DNA from: Lama guanicoe
Lineage: Eukaryota
Reading direction: 5' to 3'
Length of the DNA: 64,000 bases
NCBI GenBank assembly: GCA_013239625.1
Contig: MU054220.1
Coordinates: 1,727,509 to 1,791,508, forward strand
Part shown: piece by piece, positions 1 to 11,000 of the stretch
How positions within the stretch are numbered: the first letter of the stretch is position 1
How the letters are laid out: the number at the start of each line of letters is the position of its first letter
Made by a program: the position numbers and the translations under genes
The notes under the pieces: generated by a model
Databases searched by the model: none
What the model saw: only the letters and a program-made list of their open reading frames with translations
Told to the model about the DNA's origin: nothing

Positions 1-409
1 TCTCAATGCCCTTTCCTCTCATCTGGCCTGCAATTTTCACCATCAGCATCAGACTCCCTAATGGATTAAAGAAACAAGCCTATTGGGGGTGGGGATGGGA
101 CTCTAGAAGATGACCATGAGCCAGGAGGGCCAAGTGGGTGGACAAATGTGACTGTTAAAAACTGTGAAGTATATCTACCAGAGGTTCCAGGTATGGATGA
201 GTGAGAAAAGAGAGATGCAGTAATATTTGTTTAATATAATCTACTAATTTAAAATAACAACAAAAAAGAAACTTGTATATGTACATGTGGTTATAGGTAT
301 CGGTATGTACAAGTCCAAGTATAATTATGAATAAATAAAAAATATAGAAACATTAGAGTGATAATATGTATTCCCTGGGTTGGGGAGGAAAACATATAAA
401 AATATAAAA

Positions 410-493
410 GGAAATACTGTATAGGACAGGGAACTATATTCAATTTCTTGTAATGAGCTGTAATGGAAAAGAATCTGTATATATATATATATG

Positions 494-524
<31 letters not shown>

Positions 525-582
525 AACTGAATCACTTTGCTGTTTCAACATTGTAAATTGACTACACTTCAATAAAAAATAA
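410..582 (+). mobile_element. L1 3'-end fragment (cetartiodactyl-type 3' UTR) with internal (TA)n
   Basis: acagggaactatattcaat...gtataactgaatcactttgctgt...acattgtaaattgactacacttcaataaaaa. Confidence 0.75.
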
Positions 583-704
583 GAATTAACAATATATAAA
601 AGGACAAATTTTAAAAACACATTAAAACACATAACGATCACATTTATGCAATTATGTAAAAATAGATATATAAAAGCTTTTATATATATATATTATGGCC
701 TCCT

Positions 705-885
705 AAATCAATGGTTAAGACAACTAGATTCTAGAACCAGACTTCCTGGGGCAGATTACTTAACTCCCTATGCCTCAGTTTCCTCATCTGTAAAATGGAT
801 TACTATATTGAACAGTTATGAATATGAAGTAAATGAATATACACAAAACACTTAGAACTATGCCTGGCATATGGGAAATTCTACT
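705..885. mobile_element. MIR SINE (one of many; others near 4860-5020, 13600-13700, 24480-24670, 29510-29740, 31180-31400, 38230-38400, 52430-52650)
   Basis: MIR core tgcctcagtttcctcatctgtaaaatgg...cttagaac..tgcctggca. Confidence 0.7.
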
Positions 886-2659
886 TAAGGATTAGATATT
901 ATTATTTACATGTGTGGATACGTGAGTATAAAGAAAAATTACAGTGATGAAAAGAACAGATAAAGACACAGGGTGAGGGCTACTCCTCTCCTCTCCTTGT
1001 TGAGCACAGATGAATGTTTTCCAACACATCTGTCAATCCATTTGGAGGCCTCAGGGACTTCCTGGGTGTGGCGCTGGGCATGAGCCTGGATACTGCTTGG
1101 CTCTGCGTGGCTGGGAGGCATCTGGGGTTGGGGGGCTGCAGACCCATTTCTCTGATTTCACTGAGCTGCCCAGGGCCTCACTTTAACATGTTGTTTCTGG
1201 CTCTGGTATCCTTACTGGGGGCCTTTCTCGGCAGCCAGGCCCTGGCCCTCTATTTCTGGAAGGTGGGACTGCTCCTGAGCCCATTGACCAGGTGATGGTT
1301 GCGAGACCAGCATGGCCTGGTGTCGCCAGTGCTCTGACAACCCTCCCCGCTCCTTGGGCAGTCCAGGGCTAGAGCTAGAGGCTCTAGGCTGCAGGTGGAT
1401 GCACATTCCTTCTGCTTCCACAGTGTGGCCTTCTGTGAGACAGCAAGCTTTCTTCTTGTCAGAGCTTTCCGTGGGGATCTGCAGGCAGGCAGCAATCTCT
1501 TATAAAAAAGCATCTAAGGCCAAGGGTGCCTGAGTTCATGGCTGAAAAGAGGCAGAGCTGGCTGCTTACCCAGAGCCTGCCCCTCTGGAACTTCCAACCC
1601 TAACCCCTTTCAGGTTGTTCTTCCCAGAGCAGCCTTAGCTCCCTCGTGAGTTCCTAGGGTGCCTTCTCCCCGGAGTCTCCAGCCCCGGCCAGAGGATGGC
1701 CCCACTAACTCCACAGAACCCCTGCACCAGTGCCCAGTCTCCCATGGGGCGGCCCGTGTGCAGCGTGTACAGCCAAGCCTCACGACTTTCCCCCTGGCCT
1801 CTCTGCCTTTACCGTCCCCCTTGTTAACTCCCACCCTACCCCTGGCCTGGCCTGTTCTTCCCTTTCCACCATCTCTGCCGACTGAATTCCAGCCCATTTA
1901 CAAGGCCGCTTCCTCTCTGAAGTCTTCTGGACCTGTCCAGGTCCTCAGTGCTGTGTGTCTTTGGGGCCCTGAGCCCTGTCCCCTGAGTCCACAGGCCTTC
2001 CCCCCAACCCCAGCCCTGGTGGGGTGTTCTGGAAAGAAAGACAAGCTCTTGCCTATACCCTGAAGAGAAGTGTGTTCAAATGAATTTATTGTCTCCCTTT
2101 CCCCTCTCCTGCCTCAGGAACGCAAAGTGGGATGAAATCTCCGTGCACTAGGTACTGTAATCTGAGCCTCCGCAGGGCCCTCTTTTATTTATGTTTATTG
2201 ATAGATTTGCTTACTGGTTACCCTTTCCCCATCCCATCTCCCTGCTTCCTTCTTGATAAAATTTGAATCTTGTCAGTCTTTGAAAAAAACAGAATAGACA
2301 ATATTCTATTCAACTTGGCTTTTTTTTTAATAAGGGAAAAAGCTGTTTTAAGGTTTTTTTTTAAACATTATTTAGTGATTTTTTAAACAATTATTTTCAT
2401 ATAGGTCCTGCATAACCTTCATAAGTTTACTTTTATGTATTTTACTTTTTGTAATATTTAAAAGAACGTATTTCCCATTATATTTTAAATGTAGCGCATA
2501 GGAAGGCAAATTGTTTTTATGCATTCCTTTGAAATCTGGTAAGCCAAACTACATTCTCTTACTGGTTCTAATCATTTCTCAGTATTACTCTTAAGTCTTT
2601 TGGGTGGGTAATCATGTCATCTCCTAATAACAAAAGTATTAGAAGGAAGGAAACAACAT

Positions 2660-3420
2660 TGTTTTCTGTAGAGTTATGCTTTGGCCTGGTTTTGAACTTC
2701 ATAGGAAGTGTTTGTCTTCTGGGACTGGCTTTTTCACTTAATACTATGGGTTCTAAGGTTCATTCATGATATTGTGTGAAGCCTGTTCATTTGCTTGAAC
2801 TGCTGGACCATGTGCCACTGTGTGAAAAGAATCCTCTATAATTTATGTACCCATTCTTTTTGTTAGTAGGCATTTGGATTATTTTCTAGATTTTTGCTAT
2901 TAAGAAGAGTGTAGCTTTGAATGTTCTCCTTGTCTCTCGGAGCACATACCCAAGTTTCTCTTGATTTTAAGCCTAGAGGGGATCTGCTGGGCCTCAGCTT
3001 TATAAGATAAGACCAGATTATTTTCCCCAGTGGTTGTATGGAGTTGCACTCTGACTAGCAATGCACTGGAGATTCCGCGGCTCCACCTCTTCTCCAACAC
3101 TTGGTGCTGTCAGGCTCGTTAATTTTTGCCCTTCAGACTGTGTAAATCAGCATCTTATTGTGGTCTTCATTTGCATGGTGCTCATCACCAGTAAGCCTGG
3201 GCATCCCTTAGATGTTCATTGGACGGATGTGCTGCTGCTTCTGTGAAAAGGCCTGTTCACGTCTTTTATCTTATTTTTCTGTTGGATTACTTGGTTTTTT
3301 CCGCCATGGATTTACAAGTCCTTTCCGTATTTTTGATGCTTTATCCCTTGTCAGTTGCATGTGGCAGACGTCACAAGTCTCCTCCAGTTTGTGGCTTGCA
3401 TTTCACTTTCTCTAAGGTGT
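2660..3420 (-). mobile_element. Old L1M fragment(s); boundaries approximate
   Basis: L1 antisense hallmarks such as ccaacacttggt, cttattgtggtcttcatttgcat, tggcttgcatttcacttt. Confidence 0.6.
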
Positions 3421-6400
3421 CTCCACTCCTCTCTTCCCTCCCACACCTGTGCCAGGGACGCTGGTGTGCGTGCGTGTGCATGTGTGCATGTGTGCGTGTG
3501 TGTGGAGGAGGGGTTCTCGTGTTCCTCAGAACCCCGTGCAGGCCGACTCCACTGCTCCACCTGCTCCCTGGGGCCTTAAGAGACCCCCTACCTGCCTCCC
3601 AGGTCTGGTGAGGGGGCCTGGTTTGGGGAGCCACGATCGGGCTGGGGTGGGCACACTGCGGCAGGGAGGGCCTCACTGCGATGGTGCGCCCCCCCTCCCC
3701 AACCAGGAGTTATTTATCACTTCCGGCTCTCACCTGGGGGCCGGGCCCCTCTCTGCTCCGCTGGGCAGCAGCCCGCGGCAGCCCGGGCGCTCCCTGGGGG
3801 CGGGCGGCCGTGGGGGAGGGGCGCTCCGGCCCGGCCCCTCCGAATAAGGGCCGAGGTCGATCCTGTGGTGAGACAGTGCGGGACGAGGCCTCCCCTCCCC
3901 AGCCTCCGCCGAGCCCGCCCCCGCACCCTCTGGTCCCAACCCCTAGAGCCACAGTCGGCCCGCGGCCTCCTGCCCCCAGCGTGGGGCCTGGCATCCTGGA
4001 AGGAGATCCCAGGGAGCAGTGGGGGATGGGGCTCCAGCCTGCTCGGTCCAAACCTCGGTCATCTCAGCTGGAAAATGGGGGTAGGGGTCTCCAGTTACTC
4101 CACAGGGCTGTTGGTGATGGAACTGGTGCAGGCTGGTAAAATCCCTGTGTGGATCTGGGCCTTTTGTAAAGGACGGATACCCTGAGCTCTTCTCAGTACC
4201 CTAGCTGTACCCGCAGACTCTCCAGGCTTCATCCCCATTGTATAGATGGGAAAGTGGGCGACTTGCCTTAAGTTTCAGAGCCAGGCAGCAGGAAGCAAGT
4301 GGGGAGGGGGAGTGGAACCCTTCCCACTGCCCCCAAGCTGCGGGACAGAGCTAGGTTTTGTGGAGCCTGATGCTTCTCCAATCTGCAGGCCTTCTTTGAG
4401 AAAAAGATTACAAAACCACAAATACAAATTTGCTGAGGCGTTCCCAGGTCCTTGGAAGGGGCCCTAGCAAGTGAGAAGGACAAGCTTCTTGGTTTCGTGG
4501 CCCTCCCCTGCAGGCACCCTGGAAGGGCTTACACCCATCCTGCAGGAGAGGGTGAGGCCTCAACATAGTCGCATGGTAGGCCCAAGACAGGACAGCAGGG
4601 GCCAAGAGGAGTCCCTGCTGCAGCTGGGGCCAACCCCTTGCATGCCCAGGCAGCCCTCTGCCAGCCCGACCCAAGAGCAAGAGCAGTCAGGCATTTGAGG
4701 ACTGCACCACAGCGAGGCAGGGCCAAGCCTTGCAGTCTCAGCCAGTCATGGCTTACCTTGCCACTCAGGGCCTCTTACCCTGTGGGCTGCTGGTGGTAGA
4801 GAAAAATTGCTAGGAGAAAAGGAAGGGATCCCGGCTGGGGCAGTGGAAGTGCATCTGACTTAGAGTCACATGGGTTGGGGTTCAAATCCCTGCAAGGCCA
4901 TGTGACCTCGGGAAGATTCCTTCACCTTGATTTCCTCATCTGTAAAATGGGAGTAATAATAGTACCTACTTGTCAGAGCTGTTATGAGGCTTAAATGAGT
5001 CCATGCATGAAGGGCTGAGCTCTTGGCTTTTAGAGATAAATTTCCCTTCTGTGAAATCTCCAGGTCAGGAGAGGCATTTCTCTTTCCATATTAGGGTTAA
5101 GTCACCTACCCAGGGGGTGGCCTATCAGTTGCAAAGTTGATATATAAACCCAGGAATGTCTGGCACCAATACCCCAATTCTCACCACCAGGGAACACTGC
5201 CCCCTTGGGCCTGTCTTCCCAGGGAGTTAAGTACCATTGCTGGGTGCTCATGCCCAGGGCTGGGAGCCAAGGGGAGCATTTGATTCAGGAGTCTGCTCAC
5301 CTTTCTGGATTTTATAATCTTTCTGCTCTCATGGGCACCTGAAGCTGGAATTTTTCCAACTCTGATATCCTGGGCCAGGTTGAAGCAGGAGATTCTGATG
5401 ATGGGGACAGAGCAGGGGAGCTGGGAATAGGTCATGACCATGAGCCTGGGCAGCAGCAACCCCTAAAAGGCTCAGTCTTCTTCCTAAGAGGTGCTGCTTT
5501 GCCTCCTGGTTTGCATAGGATTTCTACAGGGTTGGTGGACAAAAGAAGTGAGTTCTTAGCTCAGGCTGCCCCTCTCTGGCCAGCTAACCTCAATCTTCTG
5601 AGTCTCAGTTTCCTCAACTGTGAAATGGGGATAAGAATACCTGCAGCTGTGAGGACCACAAGATGTGTATGTAGGGTGCCTGGTGAATGCCACCAGTTGT
5701 TAAAACAGTGTGGCCGTCTGAGGATGGAAGGGGGTGTCCTGGGATGGCAGGAGGTGTGCGCACATAAGTGGGGAGTCCTGCCAGGGCAAGAGTTTAGGCC
5801 TCCGAGGCCTCTGTCTCAAAGATGGAGCGCCTTGGGGGTAGGGCTGGGAACCCCAGCTCCAGCACTCTCCCAGATCAGGACAGGTCAGAGTGAGGTCAGG
5901 GGCCCCAGGGGTGCAGAGAAGAGCAGGGAGCAGAGGTTCTCAGGCAGGTGAAAGGGAAAGGAGGGAGGAAGTGGGGGCTTCTGGGAGGAGATGAGAGTGG
6001 CGGTCGCTGTGTGATGCCGGCCACGAGATCACCCGAGGCTCCATTCCATGACCTCCTTTGTCCCTCATTGCAGACTTTCGAGTTAGGCATTTTCCAAATG
6101 GGGAAACCTAGGTTCACAGAGGTGAGATCACTTGCCCGGGGTCACACAATGCACGTTCTCTGATGTGTCTGGCTCTGCAGCCTGGACTCCAACAGTTACA
6201 GCCTCTTTCTTATCTTATCTGCCTGACAAGGTTGTGAGTGAAGCAGCGTAATCTCAGAGGCTGAGAGGGATCCCAGTCCCTACCACTGCCTCCTAAGAGC
6301 CTCTGGCTCCAGGCTGGCAGCCACCCAGGAGACATCACCAGGAGAGTGGGGCTGGGGCCCAGGAGAGTTTGCCTGCAGTGACGGCAGAGACTCCTGGAGT

Positions 6401-7239
6401 AGGGGAGTAGCTCACCATCTCAGGAGCATTTAAGGGGAGGCACCCTGTGTCTCTACCAATGCGCCCCAACAGCGAGGGAGCTGGAGGAAGGTCTGCTGAG
6501 AATCTGGGAGCATGGCTCATAATGGGGCCAAATCTAGCCAAAATACTTTTATGTTAAAAATGCATACAGATTTGTGTCCTTTTTAATATGTGGGCTTCCC
6601 CTCCCACCTTTAACTTTCCACTCTCAATCTCTACCTGAGTGGATAGTCCAGGAAGACATGCCATGTGCCTTGAGCGGTTGTGTACATCTGGTGCCTTCAC
6701 CGTGGACCCCAGGCCCTGGGCCCCTGGGTCTGGTTTGAGAAAGTGCAGGGACAGAGTTGAGGTCAAGGCCCTGCCTGTTCTCACAGTCTAGGTCTCTTCC
6801 CACCTCTGCTCTGCACTCCTGCCTCTTGGTTTGGCCCTCCCGTCTCCTCTTACAGACATTTGCCCAGCCCAGCCCAACTGTCCCACTGGGAATTCTCAGG
6901 ATGTCTCACTCATCTCTTCATGCTCTGTGGGGCCTTGTCTGGAGGGGCACTGCCCATCTTCAGCCCTCTCTGCTTGGCAGCCTGGTCCCTCACCTCCCCA
7001 GATGAGCACAGGACTTGGGGGATTTCCATGCCCATTCGGAGGAAACTGAGGCCCACAGGTGAGAGGTGCCTGGCCTCCAGGGTGCACAACAAGAAGGGCT
7101 GTTGGATGCCCGGGAGGTCTCTGGGAAGGTGGGGTGCCCAGGCCTGGGGAGAAGGCATCAGATGTGGGCCCCGGCCAGGGATGCAGGAGGGAGGGGGGAA
7201 GGCTGTGGGGCACCGGGGGCTGCCGCCTGGCAGGTCCCT

Positions 7240-7340
7240 GTGCCCAGGGTAGGGAAGTTTCTTATTTCTCCTGCTCTGACTTCCCCCTTTGATTTATTAT
7301 AGCCATGAAATGCTCTGCTCTCTTCTCTTTTCCTTGCTGT
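7240..7340. promoter_or_regulatory. SPI1 URE, distal homology block
   Basis: NF-kB-like GGGAAGTTTC 7252-7261; TCF/LEF CTTTGAT 7287-7293 overlapping TGATTTAT 7290-7297; resembles the recalled PU.1 URE sequence; ~12.3 kb upstream of the promoter. Confidence 0.75.
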
Positions 7341-7959
7341 CCCCGGGGCTGGAGGAGCACAGGCCTCCCAGGCACAGGACCTTGGCCTTGCTGGACTCCC
7401 ATCTTCTTCCAAATGTTGAGCCTAGGGTGGCCAGAAATAAGAGGTAAGTCGGGACAGGCGGGGGTGGGGGTCGGTAAGGAGGGGCCCTAACCTCCCAAAA
7501 ACTAGCCTGGACAGGACCCCAGGGGCCGGCAAAGTCTCGGTTGGGAAGGGCTGGGGCTGGGCAGAGGGTGTGGCAGGTGTGGACTTGACAGCAGACAGCT
7601 CCCTGGGGTTGTGGGGGTGGCGGGCTCTGGGTCAACGGCCTTGATGAGGCTTAGGGATGGAGTCCTGTCAGGTCTGAAGGCTGCACACAGTCCTCGATTG
7701 CTAACTACCAGGTCAGAGAAATGGCTTCTCTGTGACCCATGACCCCATATTCTGATTTAATGATGGCCAAAGCAGGCCTGGCTCAGGCTGGTCTGGGGAT
7801 AGGGCTGAGGACCCAGAGGAAGGCGTGAGGCCCAAAGCTCAGGAGACTGCGGGCACCTCAAGGCTGCAGCTGGACCTCACCGTGTGGCCTGGCCCAGGCA
7901 GGTGAGGCCTGGAGTCAGTCTGTCCGGCCCCTTGGCAGGCCTGGAGGCCGGAGCGTTCC

Positions 7960-8090
7960 TGGCCACCGCTGTGCGGTGCCTGTGGTAATGGGGCTGTTGG
8001 CGTTTTGCAATGGGCCGGGGGTGGGGAGGCTGCGCACACATGCTTCCTGTGGTGACTGGGCGCTTCCTGTTTTCTCAGGCGCCGGACTTG
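7960..8090. promoter_or_regulatory. SPI1 URE, proximal homology block (RUNX/CEBP/ETS enhancer core)
   Basis: RUNX TGCGGT 7972-7977, TGTGGT 7981-7986 and 8048-8053; C/EBP TTTTGCAAT 8003-8011; ETS TTCC 8044-8047; PU.1 site AGAAAACAGGAAGCG on - strand 8061-8075. Confidence 0.88.
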
Positions 8091-11000
8091 CTACTGCCGA
8101 TGTGGAAACCGGGGCAGCTGCAGCCTGGGTGGCTCTGGGCTGGGTGCCCTGACCCTGCCCAGAGGGGCCTAAGCAGGCCCACCACCCCAGGCCCCAACCC
8201 GGGCAATGGATGGCCTGAGTTAACCCCCATACCAGGCCTCCATCACTCCTATCCCCAGCAGCTCCCGCCAAGAGGAAAGGGCCAGGCAGGGCTGTCACTC
8301 AAGACCGAGCAGGTGGTCCAGGCTGGGAGGTGCAGGGGTGAGAGCTCTGGTCTCGGCTCTGTCCTTTGTTCACTGAGGCCCTTTGGCCATCCCTGACCCA
8401 CTCCAGGCCTTGGTTTCCTCTTTTGTGTGGTGATCGAGGCACCCATGATCTAAAATCCCTCACCCATTTCTGCCGCAGTTCTGACATCCCTTAATTTTCC
8501 ATCCCTTAGTTTTGGGAACAGTGTCTGCGCTGAGGCTGGGACCCTCAGAGAGGGGCTTGGCATAGGCCTTGACAGAGAGGGGACCTGGAGAGACTGGGGG
8601 GAAGGAAGAGGCATGCCAGGTGGGAGGACTAGACTAGGGCCAGGTATGGAGGTGGGAAGGCCAGGACCAAGTTTGGAACTTAAGGTGTTGATGGGACAGA
8701 CTCGAGAGTGGTAGGTGACAAGGCTGATCTGGATCCAAAGCGGGAGGAAGATTTGAGGGTCCTCCTTATTCATGCAAACTTTAGGAAAGTGTCTGAGACC
8801 CACTTCACATTCTTCCTCAGAAGAAAGACAAATGGGTATTTGGGGGGTGGGGGCAGGGCCAGCCCTGCCCTTCCATCCACCAAGGAGATGGGTGCCCATG
8901 TGGTGTGATGGGGGTGCCTCATGAGGGACCTGAACCTTTCTCCATGTGTCGGGTGCCTGGAAGTCCAGCATCAGGGCCAGGCTCAGGATTCCGCATTGCC
9001 GTCTTCCCGAACCTGTTTTGTTTCTAAGCTGCTATTGCAAGAAGGGGAGGGAGATGACTTTGCTTCTCGTTGAGTTTGCTGACGGCGTCTGACCTCTGGG
9101 GGAAGAGTTTCTTTGCAGGAAGGCCCAGGCCTGAGCCCCCGGGAGCTGACCAGTCCACTGACTGGGTTCAGCCACCCCTTCGGCCCAGGAGGTCCTGAGA
9201 TGCCCACCTCACAAGTAGCTCCGCCTAGTTCTCAAGGCCTGCCCGTCACAGCACAAGGAGTGGTTCCGGTCAGAGAGGCTTCGGGGACCCCAAGACCCTG
9301 AGGCCCAGCCCGGCCCCCGCCATCCTGCCCCTGCCTTGGCGCCTCGGGTCGGCCCAAGTGCTGAGTTGGCAGCCCAGCAGCTGCTCCTGCCCACGGAGGC
9401 CCAGTTATAAATAAGCCCAATGTGGCCAAGTCATCAAGTTCTGCCCCAGCTGCACTACCTCAGTGACCACAGGTTGGGGCTGCCCAGAACCAAGCCCACC
9501 AGAACCTGCCCACCCAGGCCAGAGCCGGGTCAGCCCTGACGCCTGTCGGGGTCCTCAGATCCAGGGTCCAAGCATCACAGCTGCCTGGGCCTGGGCCTGC
9601 CAGGACTCAGGCCGCAGAAGGGGCAGGGCCTATCCCGCCTGCACGGAGCCAGCAGCTATTTACAAACCGAAACTGGGAAAAGTGAAGTGGCTGCGGCCAA
9701 AGTGGCTCCAGGCCCCCAGCCCCCACTCCCACCCCATCCCCGGCCGCCCCATCCCCCCTCTCCCCATGGCTTCCTCTTTCCTTCCCCACACAGCTCCCCA
9801 ACCTCCCACTGCTCAGCCAGCTCTCTCTGGACAGCCTGCCAGCGCTTCACAGTGACCCCTGCCCCACAGCTGCTTGCCTGGGGGTGGGGTCTCCCTCTAT
9901 TCCTCACCCCCAGAGCCCCATCAGTCTGGGCTCCGTGGAGCAGCCCCCTCCCACCTGGGCCTAGCCCACTCTGGCCTACTCAAGGCACATTCCCACAGTT
10001 CTCAGTTCCCCTTCGTGCTTGGAAAAGCTCCAACACCAATGGCCACCATGACGCTGCCCATCTCCCTGCCTGAGGAGGGAGACTTGACCTTCTTGGTGGG
10101 GCAAGGAATCTGGGGTGCTGTGGTGGAACTCAGGGCACCTGGGGGCTTCAGGGGTCCTGTTTCTGGGCAGGAGGCCCCGGCCATCAATCTCCTCCAGTTG
10201 GGTTTTGGCCTGCTTATCAGGCTGGTGTGGGTCACAGGCCCTCGTGCAGTACAGAATTCAGCTGGGACAGGTGGACACTGGGCTCGAGACCATGTCACAG
10301 GCTGCTTTAGAACTGGCAGGCAGGATGGTGCTGTAGCAGGGGACTGTTCCACGGAGAGACGACAGACAGCATAATTAATACTCATTTCTAATAATAGATG
10401 AAATCCCTCACGTTGGCGCAGAGGGATATGGTTCACATCAGCCTGTTCGTTCTGTCCCCAGAACAAGCCCATCCCGTTACATCCATCACAGAGCGGACAC
10501 TGGGGCTCGGAGGCGAACTCACACGGCCAAGGTGGCACAGCTAGTAAGTGTCTGGACTGAGAGTCAGGATTTCCTGATACCCAGTCCCCTTCTCCCTCCA
10601 TCTGCCTGCCCCTTGCTCCAGCTTGTACCTCAGTCTCCCTCCCCGGGAGGACAGAAGTTTCCCAGCACTGTGACAAGGCAGGAGCTGGGCTGGCCTGAAG
10701 CTCGAGGGGGCCTTGGACAGCAGAATTGCCAGGTGGGGTTGTCAGTGCCCAGAGTCCCCTTCCCTGCCCCAAGGGAAGTCTCTGCCTGCCCCATTCCTTG
10801 CCCCTCACCAAGTCCAGCTGAGGCACAGCTACCGCCAGAGCCCACTCACCCACAGCCAGCTGGCTGACTGTGTTTCACCTGACTTCTCTGAGACTCAGAA
10901 TCCTCTTCTATGAATTGTCATTCCACAAACACAGAGTGCCTACTCCATGCCAGGGCAGGGTGTAAGCCGTCTCTAGAATTAGGACAGACCTGTGGAGAAG

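Noticed and set aside
1..3600. Start of the usual upstream neighbour SLC39A13
   Set aside because: No ZIP13-like coding exon was recognised; it probably lies outside the window.
10002..10853. 283-aa - strand ORF upstream of SPI1
   Set aside because: No recognisable domain, includes MIR-like sequence, and ORFs of this length are expected by chance in GC-rich DNA.
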